From Macrostomum lignano (Eukaryota): a DNA stretch of 64,000 nt. The translations under genes were made by a program, and so were the position numbers. Numbering within the stretch: position 1 is the first letter of the stretch; each line of letters begins with the position of its first letter. The notes below the pieces were generated by a model that made no database searches, was not told where the DNA came from, and saw only the letters and a list, made by a program, of their open reading frames with translations. The stretch is from positions 1 through 64,000 of the forward strand of contig NIVC01000008.1 in NCBI GenBank assembly GCA_002269645.1. The letters run 5' to 3'. This document shows, in pieces, positions 1 to 14,510 of this stretch.

Positions 1-54
1 ACTCGATCTTTAATTATTTAATCATAAACTGACCGCTTGGTCTTATGACTCGCA

Positions 55-537
55 AATGGCTGTTAGACTGGCTTTTAAGCTGTTAACTGGCTGTTAGACT
101 GGCTGTTAGACTAGCTGTTAGACTGGCTGTTATATTGGCTGTTAAGCTGTTAGACTGGCTGTTAGACTAGACTGGCTGTTAGACTGGCTGTTAGACTAGA
201 CTGGCTGTTAGACTGGCTGTAGACTGGCTGTTAGACTGGCTGTTAGACTAGCTGTTAGACTGGCTGTTATATTGGCTGTTAAGCTGTTAGACTGGCTGTT
301 AGACTGGCTGTTAGACTGGCTGTTAGACTGGCTGTTAGACTGGCTGTTAAGCTGTTAGACTGGCTGTTAGACTGGCTGTTAGACTGGCTGTTTAGACTGG
401 CTGTTAGACTGGCTGTTAGACTGGCTGTTAGACTGGCTGTTAGACTGGCTGTTAGACTGGCTGTTAGACTGGCTGTTAGACTGGCTGTTAGACTGGCTGT
501 TAGACTGGCTGTTAGACTGGCTGTTAGACTGGCTGAC
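55..537. repeat. 12-bp minisatellite (GACTGGCTGTTA)n
   Basis: About 40 near-perfect tandem copies read directly. Confidence 0.95.
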
Positions 538-2785
538 TAACAATGTTACTCAAAAAAGCAGAGGCCCTCAGAAGCGCCAGGCAAAGTCTAAAGAAAGGGT
601 CTAATGGCCCATCTGGCCCAGAGCCCCGGCTCTGTGATTTTCCAACTCGGACAAACTCGGAAAGGGCAGCTTTTATGCCCGACTGCCGAGTTGAAGGGGG
701 GCTTCTCTGCATTGAAATTGCATCCTTAATGCGGCCTGGTCGGGCAGCTCGCCCCCCCACCCGGCCCCATCCTGCACTTTTTTGCCTCTCCTGAGTCTCC
801 AGCTCATCTTCAATGCTGCGGCGACCCGGCCGCTTGGCTCTCGGCTGCCACAAAAAAGCAATTCAGTATTTATGCAGAAGCAGAAAGAGCCAAGCAAAGA
901 AGGTTCTGAGCTTCCCCACTCGCACTTATCATCACATCCATGAGTCTCCAGCTTTCAATCCGCAGTTTCCACTCGACTGGCTGCAGGGCCATGGAGAGCT
1001 TGAACGAGGATCATGGAGTGCCGACTCCATAGTTTCAGTCAGACGAGCGCGCGGTGTCATTTTTACTCCAAGAATTGTTTGAATTGCTTGAAACAATGTT
1101 TTCACCAGGCTGCTCTCATTTTAAACACATAAACACCAACTCGAAACTTGTCTATCAACTGCGTAAGGTTTCCAATCCAGATTGTCTGTTTAGGGCGTCC
1201 TTGGCCGCAGTTCAATTCCACTCATTTCTCTCTGGCTGCTTCTAGAAGAGGAAATCGAAAGCAAAAGTGTCCGCCCGGAGGACGGGCCGGCCGGCACTCG
1301 ACAATTTTTACGCCTCGACAATTTTTTCGCACGTTTCTCAACCGAGCGAATTTTGGTGAGTCGAGCTGGCGATAATCGTTACACATTTTGCTGAGCTCAG
1401 GCTCAGGCCAGTGCCGCTGCTGTCTTCTTCAATCATTCACGCCTTGTGAGTGAAGTATGTGGGAGCAGCTTCTTAGCGAGGCTATTCTCCCATTTTGAGC
1501 GTTCTGGGCCCTAGAAATTTAATAACCTCTTCAGCAGCAGATGAGTTGCATGAGTTGCATGAATAGATTCAAAATTGCATGAGTCTATTAAGTCCGCTAG
1601 AGAAGCTCCGTTCAAGTCTCGCAAATTAGAATTTGTTGGAGTGAAATTATAGTTAATTTCGATACATATCGGTAGATATATCATAGGCCAGGCTCTATAA
1701 CGGAGACACCTTTAGTTATTCTGGGTGGCGGTTGTGCAGTCGGAGGACCTGCCAGACCGCCAGAGGTGGTCGAGACCATCCTGTTGTACGCTGTGCCTTG
1801 ATTTCCCAGCTGACTGACCCATTCTGAAAATTAGGGAAATCCCCCAAGAAAACATGCTGAAGCGAAGTGCCGCAGGATGGCATGCATGGGTGTACAAACT
1901 GAATGCACGGTGGGTCCGCATCTATCGCTACTTTTCTGCGAAACCGGACGACCGAAGATCAGATAGGACCAGCGATCGCTCACTGCCTAAGTGGCGAACC
2001 TCAGCTCCAATTCAGCCTCTGATTCTCCTTGCCATCTCTCAATTTCTTGCCCCAACCCCCTCCTCTCGCTTCTGGCAGATTCTGCAACGGTTCCGCTCTG
2101 CTGTCCTTCTCTGTCTCTCTCAGCTTAAGCCCCCCAGCCTCCAGCGTCTTCATTTCGCAGATCTCCGAGTCCGGGAAACTAAGTTAGTGGCCGGCCCGAT
2201 TCTGTCCCTCGCTCGCTTTTCTGGTCGTCTCGGCCCCAACTGCCAATTAGGCTCGGCGCGCGAGCAGCCTCTTCTTCTGGGCAGGGGGAGGGGGCAAAAA
2301 TCTCCCGCCTCTTCCCGGCATTCTCTATTCCCATCTGCCCGCCCACCCCGTGTCAATAGAGCTGAGTGGCCGGCTTTTGCTTTTGCGTTTTTGGCCGCTT
2401 TTTCGTCCGGCTGCTTTCTGCCTGGCTGAAAATGAAGATCAGCATCCTGTGTAAGAGAGGCCGGGCCCCGCAGGAAGCGGAGTGCCAGGCCAGTGTCAGG
2501 CAGACTGCCGGTTGCATTGGCCTCCTCATGGGGGTCCGCGACAGGCCCTCAGAGCCAAGCTGAAGCTTATTAAAGCATAAGATGCAAACAATCTGCACTA
2601 AACAAGTGCTACTCCTCCTGAGGCTGATCAAATCATGTCTTGGACATCTCATGTCCAAGATTACCAGTATAATTTTACTTCAATTTCCCAGCACTGCTAC
2701 TAATGAGTAAACTGCTGAGAATGTTCAACTTATTACATTTGCATTCTCCACAATTGTGTTTAGTGTCTTTGTGTTTAGTGTCTTA

Positions 2786-3226
<441 letters not shown>

Positions 3227-3660
3227 ACAATACGGCGCCGGCTACTACTGCCATTTTTAGTATATGGATTAGAGATTTAGTATATTTAGAAGGTAGCACA
3301 AAATTCCCGGAACGCTAGCAGAGGGAAAGTCCGAAACGGCGCTGAGACATCCCCCAGCAACAAAAAACCCCTCAAGGGAGCCGTGGCGAGCTGGCTGCCA
3401 ACTCGCTGCATTTCCAGCCGTCGACAATTCCGAAATCCTCATTTAGCGACAGCGGGCACTCATGCACAGATATGGGGATATGGGAAGCCAGCTTTGAGAT
3501 GGGAGGAAAAATGAAATCCTGATGCCCGCTGGCGCGAGTCCGCAGACTGTGGCGCCCCGCGAGTCCCCGGGGAAGCTCTGGGCTGCGGACGGGCAGCCGG
3601 CCACTGAGAGGGCGAATGCCGGCCTTCGCCGCTCCCGAAATACCCACCGCTTCTATGACC

Positions 3661-3674
3661 GTTGCCATGGGAAC
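3661..3674. promoter_or_regulatory. RFX X-box-like site GTTGCCATGGGAAC
   Basis: Matches the X-box consensus GTHNYY-AT-RRNAAC; about 1.5 kb upstream of the C2 gene. Confidence 0.4.
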
Positions 3675-3878
3675 TGCTGCCGCTCTACCGCACACTCTCT
3701 TGCTCTCTCCTCACCCTTTCTCTTTCAATTTTTCTTCAGCGATAATTCTTGCCCCTTGAGATCACGCACGCCGATTTCTAGTTGGAGACGCAGGGGTCGG
3801 TGGGATTGAATTTTGCCTGCTGATGCCAGGAGTTATTGGGGAAATGAGCACGGCAGCATTGATCCCTGCCTCTGTCTG

Positions 3879-4612
<734 letters not shown>

Positions 4613-5159
4613 AAAGGTTATTTTTCTATATTTACCTTGCGTGAGCAAATTCTGTTTACATTTTCTGTCAGTGCCTCATTGCTGCGAGGCCCCGTGGCCG
4701 CCCTAATCAGCCTCAGTCTATGCTCTTTCATTCGCCACTCAAAGTGGACAAAGCTGCAAAAACACGTGTTGCCCAAAAGCTCGCTGCGAGTCCCATCAGG
4801 CTTCTGCGTTTCCGTTGTTTTTCCTGCCGCCTGTCAGTCAGGCAAGGCAGGGGCGGCCCGCCAGAATGGAATGGAAAACAGTGGCTGGGAAGTCACTCAC
4901 AATGAGAATGCAGCAGTGCATTCTTCAACTTTTATCCTACTATCCTGATTGGCTTTGTTGAAGAATTTCAATGCCCGACTTGCCGGCGGGAGTTTCTTTG
5001 AATTCCCCCCTTTTTTGAGGCGTCGCTCAGCCTGGGGCTGGAGGGGGCGAAAGGGAGCTGAGGGGAGGGCGGCCTGCGGTTGGGGCTTCGCGCCCCCCCC
5101 CCCTGCCCCCTCGGCCTCAGCCAATCGTTACAGAACCCTGCAGCTGGGCGAGAGTGAGA

Positions 5160-6419
5160 ATGAAGGGCGAGGAGGTAAAAAGGCCGGATGCAGCGGGAGA
5201 CTCACGCAGCCAGTCTGAGTACCCCAGCTCTCCCACAGCCCTCAGCCAGCACCGCCCTGCCATGAACCTCGGCGGCAAGGGCTTCGCCGACTTTCTCGTG
5301 TCGACCCTGACTGGCGAGAGCAGCTCGGCCGGCGGCGGCCCATCGACCGCGGCGGCGGCGTCGCAGGGCGGGACAGGCACGGCTTCTCCCGGTCGTCATG
5401 GCAACGGCCCTATCGGCAGCCGCAACCATTTCCGCCATCAGCAGCAGCAGCAGCAGGAGCAGCAGGAGACGAGCCTGTTCTCCAGCTTCGTGGCCAAAAG
5501 CGGCATCATCGGCGCCACGGGCGGCTCCGAAAGCTCCGAGCGCGACGGAGGCGGCCAGCAGGACGAAGTCTACGACGAGGGCCCGGACCAGAACCTCGGC
5601 AGGATCAACTTCAGCGTTAGCTACGAATGGACCAGCCGGCACTTGACCATCAAGATCTGTCAGGCGCAGCAGCTGCCGGCCATGGACTTCCCGATGGGCA
5701 CCTCGGATCCGTACTGCAAGATCAGCATCCTGCCAGACAAGGGCAACAAGGTGCGGACCAAGATCAAAATGCGCAAGCTCAACCCGAAATGGAACGAGGT
5801 GTTTGTATTCGAGGAATTTCCCGGCGAGCGGCTGCTGGACCGGACGCTCTTCATCCAGGTGTACGACTACGACCGATTCAGCCGGGACGACGCGATCGGG
5901 GACGTGCTGTTCCCGCTGGTGTTCCTCTACGACGAGGACCAGAAGAAGCGCTCATTCACCCTGTGGCGCCAGCTGCAGCCCAACAAGAAGACCCGCGGCT
6001 ATGTCGGTGACGTCATGGTGGGTCTGTGCTACAATCCGCAGACCACCCAGCTGGAAATTGCCGCCCTCAAGGCCAGGGACCTCAAAGCCATGGACCTCGG
6101 ACGGACCTCCGATCCCTATTGCGTCATCAAGCTGGTGCACAACAAAAGCAACAAAGAGTGCGAGAAGAAGAAGGGCAGCATCATCTACAAGAACCTCAAC
6201 CCGCAGTGGAATGAAACCTTCGCGTTCAGCGTCAGCGCCGAGAAGATCCACGAGTACCACATCGAGATGGTGGTCAAGGACAAGGACTTCATCGGCTCCG
6301 ACACCATCGGCCGGATCCGGCTGGGCACCCGGTCTTCCACAGAGGAGTCGAAGCACTGGACTGAGATGCTGAACAAGCCGCGCCAGCAGGTGACCAAGTG
6401 GCACACGTTGAAGCACTAG
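5160..6419 (+). CDS. Synaptotagmin-7-like tandem C2A-C2B protein, single coding exon, no N-terminal TM seen (419 aa from ATG 5160)
   Basis: C2A NLGRINFSVSY...MDFPMGTSDPYCK...LNPKWNE...YDYDRFSRDDAIG and C2B SDPYCVIKL...LNPQWNE...KDKDFIGSDTIG...TKWHTLK; Ca-binding aspartates retained; GC3-rich codons. Confidence 0.9.
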   Translation: MKGEEVKRPDAAGDSRSQSEYPSSPTALSQHRPAMNLGGKGFADFLVSTLTGESSSAGGGPSTAAAASQGGTGTASPGRHGNGPIGSRNHFRHQQQQQQEQQETSLFSSFVAKSGIIGATGGSESSERDGGGQQDEVYDEGPDQNLGRINFSVSYEWTSRHLTIKICQAQQLPAMDFPMGTSDPYCKISILPDKGNKVRTKIKMRKLNPKWNEVFVFEEFPGERLLDRTLFIQVYDYDRFSRDDAIGDVLFPLVFLYDEDQKKRSFTLWRQLQPNKKTRGYVGDVMVGLCYNPQTTQLEIAALKARDLKAMDLGRTSDPYCVIKLVHNKSNKECEKKKGSIIYKNLNPQWNETFAFSVSAEKIHEYHIEMVVKDKDFIGSDTIGRIRLGTRSSTEESKHWTEMLNKPRQQVTKWHTLKH

Positions 6420-8396
6420 CCCAGCTCCCAGCTTCCCTGCCGCATCCCAGCCCAGCTGGTCGATTTTTTTTCCACTGGGACTCCACAACCAGGATCAAAG
6501 CAGAAAGGGGAGCCGCCTCATGCCCAGGAATTCTCTAGGATTTCCCAGCCCGCAGTCTCTGTGCCGTCTCGCCCTTCTCCACCACTCTGCGGAGCCCCTG
6601 GCCCGACTGCACTTTAAGGGAAGCCTCTTGAAACTCGTCGCCGTTTCACTCCCCCCCGCGGGCTCAGGGCGGCTCTCGGCTCCCCCGGATGAAGAAAAAC
6701 CCCCCAGCTTCCCGGCCAGCCCAGCCCATGCCCTTCTTTCCCGGAAAGATGACGAGCTTTGGGGCTCTTCTGCTACTAGGGGATGGCGTCGGAGAGTTTC
6801 GCAGTTCCGGGAGGGGGTTGAGGGAAGTGAGAGAGAGAGAGAAGGGGTTGAGCAGTGAGACGGTGGGAGAATTGTAGCAAAAGAGATCCTGTAATTGCAT
6901 GTCGAGGCCGTCACGGGAGGCTGGGCGAGTGAAGCGATGGATGCAAGCGGCGGGTGGGTGGCGACAGGGATGGGGAGGTGGCGGAGCAGAGATTCAAGTG
7001 CCTCACCTCCCGCCGTAGGTGCGCCATCATAGAATTTACAATAGCAAAAGAAGTGAGAGAAGGTGAAGCCGTGAGGCTGGGAATTTAATTTCTTAGCCGA
7101 AAAGTGCAACGCCTGCCCCGGGGGACGCGCGGCTCACTGATAAGAGTCGAATTTCAGCGGGTGCACTCCCTGGGTGCCAGGTAGATCCCCATCGTCTCCA
7201 GGAGCTGATGCGAGGACAGGTAGCTCCAAGGCTCTCCCCAAGGCCTCCCCTCTCTGCGGCTCCTGTTGTGGAGAATCGGGGTGGAGCGCTGTCAATAAAG
7301 AAAATGGAGAACTATTGACTCGGCGCCGCACTGATTGGAGGCCTGAGGGGGGCTGTCTTCTCCTCTCTCTCTCTCCTCTCCTGCGTATAGAGCTCTCCCA
7401 GTGATCCAGGTTTCTCCCTTTTCCGTTGCAGAAAATTTTGGCCAGCCAGCAGTATCGACTGCTGGGTGAGGAGATTAAGTCAGGGGGGGGGGGCCGCGCT
7501 CACTCACTGCAAAGTAATTTTAGAATTTTTCACAAGGCCGCAAAAGCCCTGATTAACTTGAGTGCGACGCGGGTCTCTCCCTCTCTCACTCTCTAATCCC
7601 CCGGCCAGCTCTGCCGTTTCCCTGCTTCTATAGATTAGCGAACCAGTCTATCCTGTGCCCTGTCCAGAAAGCTTTTCCAGAATTTGATGGTTTGTTAAAA
7701 TGTTGCTATTTTTCCTGAAATTGTAACTGTAAATAATGCTGCGTCGCAAGAGCTGTCACCCCTGGAACTTGCGAACAGGCAGATATTTTGTTTTAACGAT
7801 TATTTTGATAATTTCTGCTTTCCTTCTTATCAACTTTGATCACTCAGAGCATGTACACTGCCTGAGGATTAGGAAGTCGCTAGGGAAGCTGTCAATACCC
7901 TGTGTCAGACATTTTCGGTTTCAATTCAGATACTGTATTTTCTTGTCCCATGTGAGCGATAAGATAGTAAAAGTACAAAACTGATGCAATTGTCTAAGCA
8001 TGCAACAGATTGAAGCAACGAGAAAAGCTTTCGGGGTTTCTCGTTTTTTTCTTGGTTATTCGTTTCTTTCAGGATGAGGCAGTGTCAATCAAGCTGCTTT
8101 GCAGGCGAGGCAGCTGGGGCCAGGGCTGCTTCACAGATAGCAGCTCAGCAGTGCTCAATGCGAGCTCATGCGGGCTCTCTGACACACGGACGGCTCCTTC
8201 CTGCCTTCCTGGTGACAATCCGGCCGGATCGATATATCAGGACTGGGAGAGGGGGGACAGGGGGGGTTGGTTTTTTATTGACGATTTCGTGCGCCTGGCA
8301 GAGCTTCTGGACAGCAGAATTTATGGCCGACTTTTGGTTGGGCTCTGCGGGCTTCGAGAGCCTTGGAGTTGCTTTGTTTGTGGAATTGCTGCCTCG

Positions 8397-9392
8397 ACTA
8401 GTGTCAGATCGGGGAGCTAGTGTGTCAGATCGGGTGTAGCTAGTGTGTCAGATCGGGTGTAGCTAGTGTGTCAGATCGGGGAGCTAGTGTGTCAGATCGG
8501 GGAGCTAGTGTGTCAGATCGGGTGTAGCTAGTGTGTCAAATCGGGGAGCTAGTGTGTCAGATCGGGTGTAGCTAGTGTGTCAGATCGGGTGAAGCTAGTG
8601 TGTCAAATTGGGGAGCTAGTGTGTCAGATCGGGTGTAGCTAGTGTGTCAAATCGGGGAGCTAGTGTGTCAGATCGGGTGTAGCTAGTGTGTCAGATCGGG
8701 TGTAGCTAGCATGTCAGATCGGGTGTAGCTAGTGTGTCAGATCGGGTGTAGCTAGTGTGTCAGATCGGGTGTAGCTAGTGTGTCAGATCGGGTGTAGCTA
8801 GTGTGTCAGATCGGGTGTAGCTAGTGTGTCAGATCGGGTGTAGCTAGTGTGTCAGATCGGGTGTAGCTAGTGTGTCAGATCGGGTGTAGCTAGTGTGTCA
8901 GATCGGGTGTAGCTAGCATGTCAGATCGGGTGTAGCTAGTGTGTCAGATCGGGTGTAGCTAGTGTGTCAGATCGGGTGTAGCTAGTGTGTCAGATCGGGT
9001 GTAGCTAGTGTGTCAGATCGGGTGTAGCTAGTGTGTCAGATCGGGTGTAGCTAGTGTGTCAGATCGGGTGTAGCTAGTGTGTCAGATCGGGTGTAGCTAG
9101 CGTGTCAAATCGGGGAGCTAGTGTGTCAGATCGGGTGTAGCTAGTGTGTCAGATCGGGTGTAGCTAGCGTGTCAGATCGGGTGTAGCAAGTGTGTCAGAT
9201 CGGGAAGCTAGTGTGTCAAATCGGGGAACTAGTGTGTCAGGTCGGGTAGCTCGTGTGTCAGATCGGGTGTAGCTAGCATGTCAGATCGGGTGTAGCAAGT
9301 GTGTCAGATCGGGTGTAGCTAGTGTGTCAGATCGGGGAGCTAGTGTGTCAAATCGGGGAGCTAGTGTGTCAGATCGGGTAGCTAGTGTGTCA
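8397..9392. repeat. 22-23-bp minisatellite (GCTAGTGTGTCAGATCGGGTGTA)n
   Basis: Direct, about 43 copies. Confidence 0.95.
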
Positions 9393-9745
9393 GAATCTAG
9401 TTTCAGAATCTGGTGTCAGAATCTAGTGTCAGGATCTAGTGTCACGATCTAGTGTCAGGATCTAGTGTCACGATCTAGTGTCAGGATCTAGTGTCGGAAT
9501 CTAATTTTAGGATCTAGTGTCGGAATCTAATGTCAGGATCTAGTGTCAGGATCTAGTGTCAGGATCTAGTGTCAGAACCTAGTGTCGGAATCTAGTGTCA
9601 GGATCTAGTGTCGGAATCTAATGTCAGGATCTAGTGTCGGAATCTGGTGTCAGGATCTAGTGTCGGAATCTAATGTCAGGATCTAGTGTCAGGATCTAGT
9701 GTCAGAATCTGGTGTCAGGATCTGGTGTCAGAATAAAGTGTCAGA
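9393..9745. repeat. 13-bp minisatellite (GGATCTAGTGTCA)n
   Basis: Direct; abuts the 23-mer array and shares its CTAGTGT core. Confidence 0.93.
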
Positions 9746-10409
9746 ACCCAGAACGATTTTGTAGCCCCCCGCCAATGGCAACCTGGAAGCAGCGCTCCGG
9801 CAGTCGGATCTGAACAGCCGGTCATAATGCAGGCTTTTAAAAACTTTTTCTAGCTCAGAATTCAAACGTCACGATGGAGACTGCTGAGTCTCTCTGTGTG
9901 ACCCCCTCGGTGATGCCGCCCCCAGCCGCTGACCAAAAGCTGTTATCGATCCATCAGTGAGTTCCGAAGCAGAGGTTTCAGCCAATCGATAAGAGAGTCG
10001 CACTGCTCTACACATAGTGCTGTTTTTAACCAGGAGCCAAGCTGCGAAATTCCTCATATATCGATGGGCATAATGCATTTTTCTCCCGTGTTTCTATTCC
10101 CATTCTATCAGTAATCTCTCTCTCTCCCTCTCCCCCCCAGATATAAAAGTGCCGTTCTGAGCCCCGACCATCCGCGGAATCGCAGTGCAGAGGACGGCCT
10201 CAAGGCCAGAGCCTCGGGGGTGAGCTCTGACCCACAGGGGGGGGGGCAGCGGTCGCTCATGGGAGAGCGGATGTTTTCCCAAAAATGCGCCCGTTTGTTC
10301 AAGCCGGGGTCCACGCGAAATCCTCACTTTCTGTGAGCTGCTTTTTAATCGAATGGTCGCTTTTTAGCCTGCTCAAAGTTACACTGTATTCTCTACACTG
10401 TGTAATATT

Positions 10410-10635
10410 CTATTCCTTTTTATTCTATTCTATTCTAGTATTCTATTCTATTTGGCAATGCTTTGACTGTTCTATATTATTTATCTATCCAAGTTGATTA
10501 ATATTCTGCCTTACTCTACCTATTCTCTACTCTACTGTCTACTCTACTCTCTACTCTACTCTAACTATGTTTCAATCTATCTCATCCTACTCTACTCTCT
10601 ACTCTACTTGACTCTATTCTATCCTACTCAACTCT
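10410..10635. repeat. Degenerate (CTCTA/TTCTA)n low-complexity tract
   Basis: Direct. Confidence 0.75.
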
Positions 10636-11161
10636 ATTTTATTCCACCCAGCATGCGCACTCCGTCCCGTGCAGCAGCCGCTCGGCACCAGAGATGCCCA
10701 GTCAATTAAAAAGCATTCTCTTGCTCAGCCGCCTGGAGCTTAGCCCCCCCCCCCTGCCAACCGGCTCTGATCCTAATCCCACAGTTCTCAGTAATATAAG
10801 TACAAATCGTCTTGATCCCCGAGATGGGCAACTCTTTCTCTCTTGAGTCATTCTTGAGCTCCACTATAATTTGAGAATAAGTTGCTGCACGGCTGAGCAG
10901 CCCGGGGCTCAGAAGCTGCGCCAGTTCTGCATCCTCCCGAACTGCTCCTGGCCAAATAAAAACCGCTGCTCCTAGGGGCAAATATTGGGACAGGGCCGCA
11001 GCTGGCTGGCATGGCAACCCAATCGTTCGCGAAAAATTAAGATTAGATCTTGGCGACCCGGGCCAGCACCGAGCCTGGGCGGGACGCTTTTTCATCTCAG
11101 GTTCGGGCAGTTATGACTATTCGAACTCTTGCTGAGCAGAGTGCTAATTGAGGGCAGGGGC

Positions 11162-11415
<254 letters not shown>

Positions 11416-11679
11416 AAAATGATCAGCCAAACCAGCTTGGGCAGAAATTTTTCGAAATAAATCCCTAGAAATGGCGAAAAGTCAGTAAATGGAGAACAAA
11501 TTTCTGGGACACGGGTTCGCCTGCTGGGCCAGGAAAATTATTTGGCATAGTCGAGGCTTATTAAAAATTCGAATTTATTGTTGGGTTTAAGAAGAGCTTT
11601 GAAGAGAGGAGCACGAATATCCAGGATTTAGGGCTTGCATAAATCGTTAAACTGGTTCTGCATACCGTCCTGGGATTTA

Positions 11680-12378
11680 CTCATAAACTCACAAATAAAC
11701 TCATGAACTCACGGATAAACACATGAACTCACAGATAAACTCATGATCTCACAGAAAAGCTCATGATCTCACAGATAAACTCATGAACTCACAGATAAAC
11801 TCATGAACTCACAGATAAACTCATGAACTCACAGATAAACTCATGAACTCACAGATAAACTCATGAACTCACAGATAAACTCATGATCTCACAGATAAAC
11901 TCATGATCTCACAGATAAACTCATGAACTCACAGATAAACTCATGATCTCACAGATAAACTCATGAACTCACAGATAAGCTCATGATCTCACAGATAAGC
12001 TCATGAACTCACAGATAAACTCATGAACTCACAGATAAACTCATGAACTCACAGATAAACTCATGAACTCACAGATAAGCTCATGAACTCACAGATAAGC
12101 TCATGATCTCACAGATAAACTCATGATCTCACAGATAAACTCATGATCTCACAGATAAACTCATGATCTCACAGATAAGCTCATGATCTCACAGATAAAC
12201 TCATGATCTCACAGATAAACTCATGAACTCACAGATAAACTCATGAACTCACAGATAAACTCATGATCTCACAGATAAACTCATGAACTCACAGATAAAC
12301 TCATGAACTATCAGATAAACTCATGAACTCACAGATAAACTCATGAACTCACAGATAAACTCATGATCTCACAGACAA
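11680..12378. repeat. 20-bp minisatellite (ACAGATAAACTCATGAACTC)n
   Basis: Direct, about 34 copies. Confidence 0.96.
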
Positions 12379-12881
12379 ACGCAGATCCTCTATACACCCA
12401 TTTGCCATCTGTGTGTCCATCTCTCTCTTTTTCTTATAATTTCATACGAAAATTTGATTAGCCAGAGAAACGAGATTGGGGTCGGCTAAAGAGCCGGTCT
12501 GAGCCGCGGGGCCGCGCCAATATTGCGCGCCAAGCGCCTAACAAATCTGAGGATCTGAGAGTGGGACTCGGGAATGCCGATTCCAATTTGACCGGCTGGG
12601 CAGAGGATAAATTGGAAGGAGATTTTGGCTTCTCAGTGAGAGTCTGGGACAGAGATTAATACCTGATGAGGCGGATGCTGCCTCCCTACCCTTATTTATC
12701 GTGCTCCACTAGGTTGGGCTGGAAGCCTCCGCCCCAGAGTGCATGATTGATTGAGCTGCTCTTCCCCTACTGGAGCTGCCCATCAGTGCCCTGCGGTCTG
12801 CGGCACGTGGCGGCGTAACTTTGTTGTTATGCATGTTATTGAGGCCGGATATTGGGGGCAAAGAGATGAACCAATACAGTG

Positions 12882-13365
<484 letters not shown>

Positions 13366-14424
13366 AGACTTTCTTGATCGACTGCACCCCGATCGCAGTC
13401 ACAACAGAAGCCCAAAACAAAGCACAGTCCGCTAAGGTCGCGACCCCAGAATCCGCAGCTCCCTTGTCAGGTCAGGCATCTGTGACACGGGAAATTTGGT
13501 CAGCTGGTCAGATGATGTATCGCTGTTTATACAAAACACACCCGCTTAACACTTTTCACCGTGATACGCAGCAGCTGCGAGCCCCATCTCATGGCTCAGA
13601 GTATGAATATTCAATAAACGGGGCTCGCCAGCCGTAAAGCGCAGCCGCCGATCGTCCCCAACTGTTCACGTGAGCCCAAGGCAGGGCAGTCTGATTCCGC
13701 AACTTTTTATCCCGGCCGATACTGCAGAGAAGCAGCGGACGGAGCCGAAGCTCATGCAATATTAAATACGGCCTATTTTCAGCCAAAAGGGGCAACGATG
13801 CCTCAACCCCACCTCCAAGAGACCTCCCGCTGCCTCCTTCCTTGGACCGTTCAAGACGAGGACGTCGTCCCCCTAGCCATAAAGTTCCAGCGCTGATCTG
13901 AATGCGCGGCTGAGAAAGGACTGCGCCAGGGGATCTGTCCTCGCTTGACCTTCCGTGTTTCTCTCCAGCCATCAATCTGACCCTCTGTGTCAGTCTGCCT
14001 GTGTCCGCACCCCTGTGTCCGCACCCCTGTGTCTCTGCCTTCTGTTTGTGTCTGTTCCTCTGTGACTGTCAGTGTCTGTGTCTGTACTCACGTGTCTGTC
14101 ATGTGTCTGTGTCTGTACCCACGTATCTGTCATCTGTCTGTGTCTCAACCCCCGTGTCTGTCATGTGTCCGTGTCTCTGACGTGTCTGTGATGTGTCTGT
14201 CAGGTGCTGACTGTCATGGTCTCCCAGGACGAACTGGCCGAGGCAACTGCAAAGCTCCTGGCACAAGTCTCAGAGTTGACGGTTGCCGGTTCACCCTGGG
14301 TTCTTCGTCCTACAAGACGACAGTGCTGACCGTGTCCGTCCAAGTGGCCGAAGTAACCCGTGGACAGAGTTTTAGATTGAGCTCTTTCGTCAGCAACATG
14401 GCGACTTTCATCAAGAGCCTGAAA

Positions 14425-14510
14425 GGGGGCGTTCCGAGAGTAATCACCACCGATCGGGGATCCCAAAGTTCATCTTCTAGGAGCTCAGCGACTTCCTAAA
14501 GTCGTACGGC
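14425..14510 (+). mobile_element. Degraded LTR-retrotransposon integrase fragment
   Basis: GVPRVITTDRGSQ, then after a frameshift FIF*ELSDFLKSYG; matches the rve motif GxPxxIxTDxGxQFxSxExxxFLxxxG. Confidence 0.6.

Noticed and set aside
524-2658. Short ORFs at the 5' end of the window (and at 6495-8439)
   Set aside because: No domain motifs, codon bias or consistent splice structure
3355-3376. 16-nt match (CAAAAAACCCCTCAAG) to the reverse complement of the T7 terminator tail
   Set aside because: The terminator stem and any vector context are absent; chance match
11680-12378. AGATAA (GATA site) in every 20-bp unit
   Set aside because: Short AT-rich motif expected by chance; no nearby gene assigned
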